Source of the DNA: Candidatus Wolframiiraptor gerlachensis
GTDB taxonomy: Archaea; Thermoproteota; Nitrososphaeria_A; Caldarchaeales; Wolframiiraptoraceae
DNA: 64,000 nucleotides
Direction of reading: 5' to 3'
Assembly: GCA_021323375.2 (NCBI GenBank)
Contig: JAJPCT020000026.1
Location: forward strand, 8,574-72,573
Shown: positions 30,436 to 40,405 of the stretch, one piece after another
Layout of the letters: the number at the start of each line of letters is the position of its first letter
How positions within the stretch are numbered: position 1 is the stretch's first letter
Translations under genes and position numbers: made by a program
Notes under the pieces: generated by a model
What the model was told of the DNA's origin: nothing
Seen by the model: the letters and a program-made list of their open reading frames with translations, nothing else
Database searches by the model: none

Positions 30436-31023
30436 TTGAGGATTACTGATGAAGTGCTTGTCCGCGAGGTCATGTCAAGTCCAGTGATAGAGTGTAGCTT
30501 GGATGAGAGCGCTCAGGAGATTGCTGAGAAGATGATGAAGTATAAGGTTGGAGCCGTCATCGTTACTTCTGATGATGGCTCGCCGCTCGGGATCATAACC
30601 AAGACGGACTTAGTTGAGAAGGTTATCGCCAAGAATGCGAGGCCCAGCGATGTAAGGGCGAGGGATATAATGTCTACGCCACTCCACACGATAGATCCCG
30701 AGGCCAAGATCGAGGATGCTGTCAGGAAGATGAGCAAGCTCGGCGTCAGCAGGCTGGCCGTGGTCTATAAGAATAAGCTCGCGGGCATAGTAAGCCTCAA
30801 GGACATATTACAAGTAACGCCGGAGATACTTGAGATAGTGAAGGAGAACATGAAGATAATGGGTCTCCGCCTTCTCAGGAGAAGCGGTGAAGGATACCTC
30901 GAGGGATATTGCGATAGCTGCGGAGAATGGTCGGACATGCTACTAAACGTCGAGGGCCAATATTTATGCGAGGACTGTAGGCTTGATCTCCTGAGAAGAA
31001 GAGAAGGGGAGAGTGAGGAGTAA
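30436..31023 (+). CDS. CBS domain pair protein with C-terminal zinc ribbon
   Basis: VREVMSSPV, LGIITKTD, DIMSTPL and GYCDSCG...LCEDC. Confidence 0.9.
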   Translation: MRITDEVLVREVMSSPVIECSLDESAQEIAEKMMKYKVGAVIVTSDDGSPLGIITKTDLVEKVIAKNARPSDVRARDIMSTPLHTIDPEAKIEDAVRKMSKLGVSRLAVVYKNKLAGIVSLKDILQVTPEILEIVKENMKIMGLRLLRRSGEGYLEGYCDSCGEWSDMLLNVEGQYLCEDCRLDLLRRREGESEE

Positions 31024-31060
31024 TCAAGGTATTTGAGTCGCCCGAGATCTACGAACCTTA

Positions 31061-31774
31061 ATGATCAGGCTTATCTCGCTTGATGCGTGGAATACTCTAC
31101 TTAGGCTTGATCTGATAACGAGGGCTATTGCTGAGAGGCTGGGCGAGCGGATCGGCATGGATGGGGAATCCATGCTCAGGGTTATGATAAGCGTTTACAG
31201 GGGGCTCAAGCCCAAGTGGGCTTCCGGGATGATCAGCGACTCGGTGATTGTGGATGCCGCTCAGCAGGCGCTCGCCGAGAAGCTCCGCATTCCGCGGGAC
31301 GTGGTCTCAAGGGCCGTGGAGGACGCCTTTAGCATAATGGATCCGTGCGAGCTGGTCTACCCTGATGCATGGAGCACCTTAGAGGATTTATCAAGGGAGT
31401 TTAGGCTCGCGATAGTCAGCAACGTCTTCTACTGGCCTGGAAGGCTGACGAAGAGGGTCATAGAGGGCGCAGGGCTCTCGCGATTCCTCGAAGCGCAGCT
31501 ATACGCGGACGAGGTCGGCATAGGCAAGCCGGATAGAAGGATATTCATGAAACTATGCGATTCGATGGGGGTCTCGAGCGAGGAGGCGGCGCATGCCGGG
31601 GACGAGCTCATGGAGGATATTGGAGGGGCCATCTCATCCGGGATGAAGGCGATTCTCATAAGACGAAATGCTGAGAAGCCCTTGATAATCGGGGAGCTGG
31701 GCCTCGCGATTATACCCAGACTCTCAGATCTAGGATATGTCCTGATGATGCTTCAGCAGCGCGCTGAAACATAA
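31061..31774 (+). CDS. HAD superfamily hydrolase
   Basis: DAWNTL, IVSN, GKPDRRIF and HAGD...DIGGA motifs. Confidence 0.88.
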   Translation: MIRLISLDAWNTLLRLDLITRAIAERLGERIGMDGESMLRVMISVYRGLKPKWASGMISDSVIVDAAQQALAEKLRIPRDVVSRAVEDAFSIMDPCELVYPDAWSTLEDLSREFRLAIVSNVFYWPGRLTKRVIEGAGLSRFLEAQLYADEVGIGKPDRRIFMKLCDSMGVSSEEAAHAGDELMEDIGGAISSGMKAILIRRNAEKPLIIGELGLAIIPRLSDLGYVLMMLQQRAET

Positions 31775-31807
31775 AAGATAGCATCACATCCTTACATTAT
31801 TGTAGGC

Positions 31808-32275
31808 GTGGGCGTAGAGGGGTCGAGGAGCTGTAGATTCGTCGCGGATGCCATGCTCAAGAACATAGTCTCATGGCTAAGGATACTCGGATACGATACG
31901 ATTTACTGGGGTGGGGGTGATAGGGAGGTTCTAGGCATAGCTGAGGCTGAGGGCCGGGTTATACTCACCATGGATAGGGGCCTAGCGGCGATTGCCGCGA
32001 GAAGGGGGCTAAGAGCATTCTTATTCCAGGAGAACGATATACCCGGGATCCTCGCGAGAATTGCGCGTGAGCTTGGCCTAAGCCTGAGCTTCGACCCGAG
32101 ACACACAAGATGCCCAGTCTGTAATCACCCGCTAAACTTGGAGCATAGGTCTGGCAGGGAGGAGTGGGTTTGCCCCGGATGCGGCAAGAAGTATTGGCGT
32201 GGGTCTCACTGGAGGAACATAAGCCGGACGCTTGAGGAGGCCAGGAGAAGGCTTTCAAATTCTTCAACAACATGA
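31808..32275 (+). CDS. Mut7-C RNase domain protein (DUF82)
   Basis: FVADAML...WLRILGYDT, ILTMDR, RCPVCN and CPGCGKKYWRGSHW motifs. Confidence 0.9.
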   Translation: MGVEGSRSCRFVADAMLKNIVSWLRILGYDTIYWGGGDREVLGIAEAEGRVILTMDRGLAAIAARRGLRAFLFQENDIPGILARIARELGLSLSFDPRHTRCPVCNHPLNLEHRSGREEWVCPGCGKKYWRGSHWRNISRTLEEARRRLSNSSTT

Positions 32276-32321
32276 CGCTCGCGGAATTTTAAATATCTAG
32301 GATGAGGCTTATCTCGATGGT

Positions 32322-32936
32322 ATGGAGAGGCTCAGCCTAAGTGAGGGCACATATCTTGTGAAGCTTGCTAGAAAGACGATAGAGGTTTATCTCTCCGGGA
32401 AGATGCCGGCTCCACCCGATGATGCTCCCGAGAAGATTAGGAGGAAGCAGGGCGTCTTCGTAACCCTCTACACCTATCCGGAGAGGGAGTTGAGGGGCTG
32501 TATAGGGATCCCGCTGCCCGAATACCCGCTGATAGAGGCAACCATGAGGGCTGCGATAGCATCAGCGACCGAGGATCCCAGGTTCCCGTCGGTCTCCCTC
32601 GAGGAGATGTCGAGCATAATCGTGGAGGTTAGCGTGCTAACGCCGCCCGAGGAGATAAAGTTCACGGATCCAAAAGAGCTCCCGAACATGATAAGGATAG
32701 GAGAGGATGGCCTGATAATTGAAGCGGGCATCTATAGCGGCCTCCTACTCCCGCAGGTTCCAGTAGAATATGGCTGGTCGCCCGAGGAGTATCTCATGCA
32801 TCTCTGCATTAAGGCCGGCCTCGCGCCCACATACTGGCTTACCGGCAAGATGAGGCTATACAGGTTCTCTGCGCAAGTATTCGAGGAGGAGTCTCCTAAG
32901 GGCAGGGTTATCGAGAGAAGTTTAGGAAGATGTTGA
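32322..32936 (+). CDS. AMMECR1 domain protein (TIGR00296)
   Basis: GVFVTL, LRGCIG, EDPRF, EVSVLT, GLLLPQV and LCIKAGL motifs. Confidence 0.93.
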   Translation: MERLSLSEGTYLVKLARKTIEVYLSGKMPAPPDDAPEKIRRKQGVFVTLYTYPERELRGCIGIPLPEYPLIEATMRAAIASATEDPRFPSVSLEEMSSIIVEVSVLTPPEEIKFTDPKELPNMIRIGEDGLIIEAGIYSGLLLPQVPVEYGWSPEEYLMHLCIKAGLAPTYWLTGKMRLYRFSAQVFEEESPKGRVIERSLGRC

Positions 32937-32955
32937 TGTGGAAAGGTAGCGTGAA

Positions 32956-34101
32956 ATGCCGCCCCGCAGAATACACCTTGGAATATGCGGTATAGGTTAT
33001 GGACATGCCGCGAGATCGCTGATTATACTACGTGAGCTGGAGAGACGCGGCTTCACGATAACCGTCTCCTCCTACGGCGATGGCCTGAGATATCTAATAT
33101 CTGCTGGAGTTAATGCGCTGCCATCGCCGCCGGTATCCTATGGTGTGCTGCCCGAAGGCAAGGTCAGCATAAAGATGACCATTTTCCGAAACATCACGCT
33201 TCCGATCAGGTTTTTGGAGCAGCTATCCTGCGAGCTTGGCTATGCCGAGGATGCGGACCTAGTCTTATCAGACTCGAGAGTATCCACGACGCTGGCCGGA
33301 AAGATCCTCGGGAAGCCAACATTCACGATACTCAACCAATTCAACATAAGGATAGAGTACCCCCGGTATCGGAGGCTGATAGAGATTCTCGAGGCGGCTT
33401 GCTATGCTCCTGGGGAGATTTGGGGACTCAGCAACGAGATCCTAATAGCGGATTATCCCCCGCCATACACGATCTCGAAGTGGAATCTTGTCATCCCGGA
33501 TAGGTTTCTCGAGAAGACCAGCTTCATAGGCCCAGTTATCGAGAGGCTTGAGAAGAATCCGCGGAGAGATGAACTTTGCGAGATGTATGGCTTGGATCCG
33601 AGAGGCGGCCCGATAATATTCTATCATGCCAGCGGCCCAGCTTATGAGCGGAGGATTTTGACGAGGCAGATACTGCCAATACTCGATGAGATCGCTAGGG
33701 AGTATCAGGTCATAGCGACACTCGGCGGCGATGAGCCCGGGTATGCTGCCGAGCGCGTGAGGGTTTACCGATGGGTGGATGATCCGATGAGGATATTCGC
33801 GATCTCGGATCTGGTTATCTGCAGGGCTGGGCAGACGACGCTGGCCAAGGCCCTCGCATCTGGGAAGCCCGTGATAATGATACCGATACCAGCGCATGGT
33901 GAGCAGCTTGGCAATGCATTATCGGTCGCCGAGTCCGGCGCGGGCATAATCCTCGAGCAGGATAAGCTCTCACGTGAGACGCTTGAATCAGCGATAAGAA
34001 GAATCCTGTTGGATGAATCTTTTCGGGAAAGCGCGGAGGAGTATCGAAAACTCCACATGAGACTTAATCCGATCGAACAGATCTGCTCGAGAATTTCTTG
34101 A
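32956..34101 (+). CDS. GT-B glycosyltransferase (GT28/MurG-like)
   Basis: GIGYGHAARS, DLVICRAGQTT and IPIPAHGEQ..NA motifs. Confidence 0.85.
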   Translation: MPPRRIHLGICGIGYGHAARSLIILRELERRGFTITVSSYGDGLRYLISAGVNALPSPPVSYGVLPEGKVSIKMTIFRNITLPIRFLEQLSCELGYAEDADLVLSDSRVSTTLAGKILGKPTFTILNQFNIRIEYPRYRRLIEILEAACYAPGEIWGLSNEILIADYPPPYTISKWNLVIPDRFLEKTSFIGPVIERLEKNPRRDELCEMYGLDPRGGPIIFYHASGPAYERRILTRQILPILDEIAREYQVIATLGGDEPGYAAERVRVYRWVDDPMRIFAISDLVICRAGQTTLAKALASGKPVIMIPIPAHGEQLGNALSVAESGAGIILEQDKLSRETLESAIRRILLDESFRESAEEYRKLHMRLNPIEQICSRIS

Positions 34102-34163
34102 AAATATTGCGGGAAAACCTTTATCTCATGGGGCCTCTATTCTTTCTACAAGGAAGGTGGTAG

Positions 34164-34655
34164 ATGAGTAGTAGGCCTAAAATCTCCTCCTCCGTAACGC
34201 CTGAGATGATTACTGGGATCGTTAATGTTATCTTCGATCACGGGGGCAAGGTGGATATAGCCCGGATAGCAATCAATCTCCAGAGCGATGTTGATGAGCT
34301 CCTCCCAGTAATAGACGTGGCAGAAGCCCTAGGCCTCGTGAAGGTGGAGAATGGAGACATAGCGCTCACGGAGCTCGGCAGGAAATTTGTGAAGGCAAGG
34401 CCGGATCAAAAGAAGCTCATTCTAAGGGATGCTCTGAGGAATGTCGAGCCATTCGCCACGATATTCAAACTCGTTGAAGAGAGGGAGGAGTTCACGGCCG
34501 AGGAGCTCTTCGAGGAGATCTCGGAGATAAGCGGGCTTAGCGAGGAATACAGGGACCCGGAGGAGATTCACCGCATGCTCTTAGAATGGCTACTATACAC
34601 AGAGCTCGTCGAGTATAATGGAGAGGAGAAGACGTTCAAGGTAAAGAAGAGCTAG
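34164..34655 (+). CDS. Stand-alone AAA-associated (NitT/TauT ATPase C-terminal) domain protein
   Basis: GGKVDI..IA..L..DVDELLP..DVAEALGLV.V.NGDI.LT.LGRKF pattern. Confidence 0.75.
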   Translation: MSSRPKISSSVTPEMITGIVNVIFDHGGKVDIARIAINLQSDVDELLPVIDVAEALGLVKVENGDIALTELGRKFVKARPDQKKLILRDALRNVEPFATIFKLVEEREEFTAEELFEEISEISGLSEEYRDPEEIHRMLLEWLLYTELVEYNGEEKTFKVKKS

Positions 34656-35428
34656 CTTAGAAGGGTGTAGATCTCGTCAACATACTTGTAGAACTCTGGG
34701 CTCCTCCTCTGCCTCGGTCTATCGAGATCGACCTCGACTACCCCGGCGATCTTAGCCGGCCTCTTCGTCAGGACTATTATCCTGTCGCATAGCTCCACGA
34801 GCTCCTCTATATCGTGGCTCACCATGACGACGGAGCTCGGCGGCATGCTCTGATTCAGCCAGAGGGACTCCACCTCCCTCCTCAGCGATATTGCTGTCAG
34901 CGGGTCTAGATTGCTGAATGGCTCATCCATTAGGAGGAGATCCGGCTGAGAGACTAGGGCGCGGGCTAGCGCGACTCTAGCCTTCATCCCGCCGCTCAGC
35001 TCCGCGGGATACGCGGACTCGAAGGCCGTTAAGCCAACCATATCCAGAAACACCCTCGCCCTTTCAATCTTATCATTCTCACTCAGATCCTTCTCATGGA
35101 TTAATGCCAGCATGACGTTCTCGAGAACGGTATACCATGGGAAGAGGGCTGGGCTCTGAAACATTATCCCAATCCTCGGCGTCGGCTTCTTGAGCGGCTT
35201 GCCCCTAAAGAGGACCTCACCCTTCTCGGGCTTAATGAGGCCCGCCATTATCCTGATTAGCGTGCTCTTGCCGCATCCACTCGGCCCAGCTATCCCAATA
35301 AACTCCGCGTATTTCACGTCTAGGGAGAGGTCATCAAAGATCCTGATATTCTCGCCCTTCCTCAGCCTATATCCGAAGACTATGTTCCTGAGTTCCAGTA
35401 TCGGCTCCTTGATGCTGGGTCCATTCAT
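34652..35428 (-). CDS. NitT/TauT family ABC transporter ATP-binding protein
   Basis: GPSGCGKST, FQSPALFPW, ELSGGMK, LMDEPFSNLD and SHDIEE motifs. Confidence 0.92.
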   Translation of the reverse strand: MNGPSIKEPILELRNIVFGYRLRKGENIRIFDDLSLDVKYAEFIGIAGPSGCGKSTLIRIMAGLIKPEKGEVLFRGKPLKKPTPRIGIMFQSPALFPWYTVLENVMLALIHEKDLSENDKIERARVFLDMVGLTAFESAYPAELSGGMKARVALARALVSQPDLLLMDEPFSNLDPLTAISLRREVESLWLNQSMPPSSVVMVSHDIEELVELCDRIIVLTKRPAKIAGVVEVDLDRPRQRRSPEFYKYVDEIYTLLS

Positions 35429-36999
35429 TACGCAACACCAACCATCTTCACGGCCTTCTCGTATAGCCTCCTCCATAAGAGCCTATTCAGGAGGACTATG
35501 AAGCCCGCCATCCAGATTGTCGCGGCGATTAGGAGGGCGAGGTCCCCCTCATCCACGGCTATGCTGAGCATCCTCCCTATGCCGGGGCTCCCAAGGTCCC
35601 ACGTGAATTCTCCCAAGATCGCGCGCTCAGCTATTACCAAGGTGTTCCACCCGCCGCCGAAGCAGACTATGAGCCCCATGATAAGCGATGGAAGCATCCT
35701 GGGGAGATAGAGGTGTCTGAGCTTCTGCAGCCTAGTCATCGCGAGGGCCTTACAAACCTCCTCCTCCTCATACGGTATGCCTCTCAGACCATCCAGTAGG
35801 AAGAAGAGGAGATACCATTGTGTTCCGAGGAGTATCATGAGGAGCGCGCCTAGCTCGAGTGGGAGCCCTAGATCCACGACGGCCTTCGCGATTAGCGGGA
35901 GGATGAGTGTCGCCGGGAAGGATGCTATTATCTGGAATAGCGGTATCAGGATCTTCTCAAGCATCCCCTTCTCATAGATTAGGATCGCGACTGGCAGTGT
36001 CCAGAGGAGGGCGAAGGCCACGGCGGCGGAGACGCGGGCTAGCGAAAACCCGATCATCACGAGGGGATCCACCACGCCCAGTCTTTGAAATGCCTCCACT
36101 ATATCCTGGGCCCAGGCTAGCGTGACCCCGGCCGAGACCCTTCCCGAGATACTATGTCCTAGAAGCGTGACCACGACAGCTAGCGCGGTGATCAGCAGGA
36201 TCCTCGGGGCCCCGGATGGAATCCTCAGCTCGAATAATGTGATTCGGGGGCTTAAGCTGAATGATATCCGCCTTGCCATGCGTGATAGCCACCCTGAGAC
36301 CCTCTCGATCCAGACTCTAGGTATCTCAGCCGCCCTCTCCTCGAACTTGTATCTCTCGCTAAGCCTCATCACGGGAATGAAGACGAGAAGATTCGTGAGA
36401 ATAACGGCGGCGACGACCACGACCAAGCTGGCTATGAACTCGATCACCCTCCCAGCCATGATATAGCTCGTCGAGAGCGTTCCTATCCCGAAGAGGCTCC
36501 ACTCGGCCTCCCCTATCGTGATTATCTCGCAGGCGACGAGAAAATATAGCCCATTGGCCCATGATGGTGGAAGGTTGCTGGCTATGCCGGGGAAAGCCGC
36601 CGGGATATAGAGGCTGGACAGCCTCCTCCATAGGCCTAAATCTAGGGCGTTAGAGGCCTCCAAGAGCTCCGGGGGTATTAGCCTCACGCTCTTATAGACC
36701 CCGAATGCTATGTTCCATGCCTGGCTCGTGAATATTAGGAAGATTGCGGCGAGCTCCGGCCCTATGACTGGGTGAATAATTATGAACACGTATAATGCTA
36801 TTGGGAAGAAGCTGAGGATTGGGATTGACTGGAGTATATCAAGGGCTGGAATTACGATCTTCTCCACCACCCTGTTAACGGCGGCGGGGATCCCAACACA
36901 TAGGGAGAAGATTATTGAGACGATAAGGGCCACCGTCATCCTAGCCCATGACATCCCTACAGCCGCTAGGATCGTGAGCAGCTCCTCTAGGATAGCCAA
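35428..36999 (-). CDS. NitT/TauT family ABC transporter permease (double domain)
   Basis: LDILQSIPIL, FTSQAWN, FQIIASFPA, GTQWY and GGGWN motifs. Confidence 0.9.
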   Translation of the reverse strand: MAILEELLTILAAVGMSWARMTVALIVSIIFSLCVGIPAAVNRVVEKIVIPALDILQSIPILSFFPIALYVFIIIHPVIGPELAAIFLIFTSQAWNIAFGVYKSVRLIPPELLEASNALDLGLWRRLSSLYIPAAFPGIASNLPPSWANGLYFLVACEIITIGEAEWSLFGIGTLSTSYIMAGRVIEFIASLVVVVAAVILTNLLVFIPVMRLSERYKFEERAAEIPRVWIERVSGWLSRMARRISFSLSPRITLFELRIPSGAPRILLITALAVVVTLLGHSISGRVSAGVTLAWAQDIVEAFQRLGVVDPLVMIGFSLARVSAAVAFALLWTLPVAILIYEKGMLEKILIPLFQIIASFPATLILPLIAKAVVDLGLPLELGALLMILLGTQWYLLFFLLDGLRGIPYEEEEVCKALAMTRLQKLRHLYLPRMLPSLIMGLIVCFGGGWNTLVIAERAILGEFTWDLGSPGIGRMLSIAVDEGDLALLIAATIWMAGFIVLLNRLLWRRLYEKAVKMVGVA

Positions 37000-37053
37000 G
37001 CCCTCGTCAGAATCTTTACAAATGCATGTCTTCTAGAAATGGGTTTCCAGGGG

Positions 37054-37470
37054 CTAGAGATGCCTCCTGATCATCTCCTCTATCGCGGGTCTTGGCCTAG
37101 CGCCGATCATCATCTCCACGGGCCTCCCTCTCTTGAACATGATGAGCGTTGGTATGCTCATGATCCCGAATCTCATAGCGAGTCCCCTATTTCTATCAAC
37201 ATCCACCTTCACCACAGCGAGCCTCCCCGCATAATCCCTCGCTATCTCATCCAGTATTGGGGCTATCATGCGGCAGGGCCCACACCATTCAGCCCAAAAA
37301 TCCACTAAGACGAGATCATGAGACCTGATGAACTCGTCAAACTCTTCCTCATCTAAGTGGATCGGCTTCGAATATTCTGTAAGCTTTTCGGCTTGGGTTT
37401 TATCGGCCCCGCTCATCAACCTCTTTAGCTTCTCATACTTTAACCTCTCAAGCTCCCAGTCTTCCGGCAT
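37054..37470 (-). CDS. trxA: Thioredoxin
   Basis: VDFWAEWCGPC and SIPT motifs; archaeal N-terminal ELERL extension. Confidence 0.93.
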   Translation of the reverse strand: MPEDWELERLKYEKLKRLMSGADKTQAEKLTEYSKPIHLDEEEFDEFIRSHDLVLVDFWAEWCGPCRMIAPILDEIARDYAGRLAVVKVDVDRNRGLAMRFGIMSIPTLIMFKRGRPVEMMIGARPRPAIEEMIRRHL

Positions 37471-37557
37471 ACAATGTCTCCGCATGGTAACCATCTAATA
37501 AATATGGGCTAGCCTCGAAAGGTTCATTTAATGGGTCTCGGCGGCGTTTAGTGAAAA

Positions 37558-39225
37558 ATGCCAGCTCTCACTGTGAGGAAACAGCGTTTCTGGAGCCTTC
37601 TCGGAAGAGAGCTGAGTGATGAGGAGCTTTCAAACCTCCTCCACGACCTCGGCCTTGATGTTGAGGAGATTACAGACGAGTATTTCAGGGTCGAGTATAA
37701 CCCGAATAGGCCGGATTTCTCGAGCCCTGTGGGTATTGCGAGGGCGGCGAGGGGCCTCCTCGGGATATCGGTAGGAGCTCCGAGATACAGGCCTAGGCCT
37801 GCTAGGACGTATATTGAGGTTGATCCTAGGCTTAGGGATGTAAGACCCTATGTAGCCGCCGCGATAGTCAGGGGGCTGAAGCTGGGAACCGAGGAGCTTG
37901 GGGAGCTGATAGCAATGCAGGAGGATCTTCACTGGATCCTCGGAAGGGATAGGGCAAAGGTCGCGATAGGGCTCCACGACCATTCCGCGGTCAAGCCCCC
38001 ATTCAAGTATGTCGCGGCGAGGGGTGACGAATACAAGTTTATACCTCTGGGCGGATACTCCCCCATGACGCTCGACGAGATACTAGAGAGGCATGAGAAG
38101 GGGATCCGATACGCCCACATCCTGAGGGGGAAGCCATTCTACCCCTTGATACTGGATTCCTTGAATCGGGTCCTCTCCTTCCCGCCGATAATAAACTCTA
38201 GGCTGACGGAGCTTAGCGAGAAGACCACGGACATATTCATCGACGTGACAGGCACTGATTTCAAGGCAGTCATTCACACGATAAACATACTCACGACGAC
38301 AATGGCTGATATGGGCGGCGTGGTTGAGCGCGTCAAGGTTAAGTATCCAGACAGGATCATATCAACGCCCATCTATAAGACGAGGAGATGGAGGGTGAGG
38401 AGGAGCAGCGTGAATGAGACCCTTGGCCTCGAGCTGAAAAGCATCGACATAGTCAGGGCACTGAGAAGAATGAGGCATGATGCCAGGGCTAGGGGGGAGG
38501 TGATAGAGGTTGTCCCGCCGCCATATAGGCCCGACATAATGCATGAGGTCGACCTGATAGAGGATGTGGCGATGGGCATAGGCTATGGTAACCTTGAGCC
38601 AACCCAGCCCCATATATTGATGTATGGAGGGCTTCACCCCGATACGGTGCTGGAGGATCTGGCTAGGGAGATAATGATAGGTCTCGGCTTTACGGAGGTC
38701 ATGAACTTCACCTTAACAAACGTCGAGAATGAGTATGTCAAGATGTGTGTTCAGCCTCATACGCATATCAAGCTCAAGAACCCTGTCTCACAGGAATACT
38801 CGATCCTAAGAACATGGGTTCTACCAAGCCTCATGAAGACCCTCGCCCTGAATGTTAAGGCATTATATCCGCAGAGGATATTCGAGATAGGGGATGTCGT
38901 CCATCCCGATCCATCTAGGCCGGAGAAGGCTTCTAGGAGGCTTAGGCTGGCCGCGGCCTCCTCACATTCAGAGGCATCATACTCTGAGATTAAGTCGGTG
39001 GTTGAGGAGATCTTGAGGAATCTTGGCGTGGAGGGGTGGGATCTAAGCCCACTGGATTCTATGCCGTTCATAGAGGGTAGGGCGGCTCAGATAATATGGG
39101 GCGGCGACGCGCTGGGATTCCTCGGCGAGATCCACCCGGAGGTCCTAACAAACTGGAGGCTGAGCATGCCGACGGCGGCGATGGAACTTGATCTTAGCCT
39201 TTTGGCCAAGAAGCTTGGACGGTGA
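37558..39225 (+). CDS. pheT: Phenylalanine-tRNA ligase beta subunit
   Basis: NPNRPD, QEDLH...GRDR..VAIGLHD, SFPPIINS, YRPDIMHEVDLIED and IFEIG motifs. Confidence 0.96.
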   Translation: MPALTVRKQRFWSLLGRELSDEELSNLLHDLGLDVEEITDEYFRVEYNPNRPDFSSPVGIARAARGLLGISVGAPRYRPRPARTYIEVDPRLRDVRPYVAAAIVRGLKLGTEELGELIAMQEDLHWILGRDRAKVAIGLHDHSAVKPPFKYVAARGDEYKFIPLGGYSPMTLDEILERHEKGIRYAHILRGKPFYPLILDSLNRVLSFPPIINSRLTELSEKTTDIFIDVTGTDFKAVIHTINILTTTMADMGGVVERVKVKYPDRIISTPIYKTRRWRVRRSSVNETLGLELKSIDIVRALRRMRHDARARGEVIEVVPPPYRPDIMHEVDLIEDVAMGIGYGNLEPTQPHILMYGGLHPDTVLEDLAREIMIGLGFTEVMNFTLTNVENEYVKMCVQPHTHIKLKNPVSQEYSILRTWVLPSLMKTLALNVKALYPQRIFEIGDVVHPDPSRPEKASRRLRLAAASSHSEASYSEIKSVVEEILRNLGVEGWDLSPLDSMPFIEGRAAQIIWGGDALGFLGEIHPEVLTNWRLSMPTAAMELDLSLLAKKLGR

Positions 39226-39231
39226 GGATTC

Positions 39232-40308
39232 ATGCGCTACATTGTGGTGGATGGCGGGGTTCTCGCGCTAGAGGAGAAACTGGACTTGCTGAGGGAAATT
39301 GAGGCGATAATCTTTGACTGCGATGGGACTCTCGTAGATGTCTCAACATCATTCCCGCTCGCCGGAAAGATAATAACAGCGATCTACCTCGATCAGCTCC
39401 TTGGGATAGAATGCAGGATGGGTGTCGATTATGATGAGGTCTTCCAGCTCATGAAGATGCTCGGGGGATTCAATAATATCAGGAACATCATCTCAGTAAT
39501 CCTTCAGGCGATTTATGTGGAGCTTGGATGCCCGGGCCTCGTGAGGAGAGATCTGGGGCCAATAGACTTGAGCCACTACATGAATCGAGTCTCATGGGAT
39601 AGAAGTAGCCCAAAGCCCCTAGAAAATGCTCTTAGATGGCTTATCTCCAGCACGATCCCCCTCCTCGGGGAATATGTGTCTCCGGGGGATGTTGAGGCAT
39701 TATTGGATAGAAGGGCTGTCTCCCTGCGAAGGCTGAGGGAATTTAGGGAGCTTATCGGCCCCATATCGCCATACGGCTCCGGAATAATGACAACGCTATT
39801 CAGCGAACTATACATCGGATCTGAGGGGATAAGGAGAAAGTATGGCGTGAATCCAAGATTCTATGAGGGCCCCGGTTTCATAAGGAATGAGAGGCTGATA
39901 ATCGAGCCGGAAGTGTTGGAGGAGCTCAGGAAGCTTGCGCCGAGGGGTCTCGCGATATTCTCTGGTAAGGGGCGCTGGGAGGCTGAAAAGATTCTAAGCC
40001 CAATCCTCCACTATTTTGATCTTGAGGCGAGCATTTTTACAGGAGATAATAGCAGGAGGGAGATGGATAAGCCCAATCCAGCAGGACTATTGGAGTGCTG
40101 TAAGAGACTCGGTGCCAAGCGAGTGCTCTATGTCGGCGATGGTGGGGAAGACTACTTCCTAGTCATGAAGGCGAGGGGGAATAACGTCGAGACATGCCTA
40201 GCAGCAGTCCTAACGAACAAATACTCATACGCCTTCTTCACGAGATGTTCAGCTGACGTGATTCTCGAGAATGTGAATTTTCTGCCCAAATTATTTAAGC
40301 GGCCTTAG
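39232..40308 (+). CDS. HAD superfamily hydrolase
   Basis: IIFDCDGTLVD, KPNP and YVGD motifs. Confidence 0.8.
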   Translation: MRYIVVDGGVLALEEKLDLLREIEAIIFDCDGTLVDVSTSFPLAGKIITAIYLDQLLGIECRMGVDYDEVFQLMKMLGGFNNIRNIISVILQAIYVELGCPGLVRRDLGPIDLSHYMNRVSWDRSSPKPLENALRWLISSTIPLLGEYVSPGDVEALLDRRAVSLRRLREFRELIGPISPYGSGIMTTLFSELYIGSEGIRRKYGVNPRFYEGPGFIRNERLIIEPEVLEELRKLAPRGLAIFSGKGRWEAEKILSPILHYFDLEASIFTGDNSRREMDKPNPAGLLECCKRLGAKRVLYVGDGGEDYFLVMKARGNNVETCLAAVLTNKYSYAFFTRCSADVILENVNFLPKLFKRP

Positions 40309-40321
40309 AGCCCTTATAACT

Positions 40322-40400
40322 GCCCCACCGCTGCGTTTGGCTCCCCGGAGAGGGGCGCTGAGCCCCAGCCATGATGGGGAGTTGTCGGCGGTGGGGCACA
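40322..40400 (+). ncRNA. Box H/ACA guide sRNA (single hairpin)
   Basis: Lower stem GCCCCACCGCUG (40322-33) pairs with CGGCGGUGGGGC (40386-97), followed by ACA (40398-400). Internal pocket, then upper stem GGCUCCCC/GGGGAGUU with K-turn-like GGA/AUGAU. 14 nt separate the upper stem from ACA. TATA-like TTTAAG at 40294. Confidence 0.75.
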
Positions 40401-40405
40401 TACGC

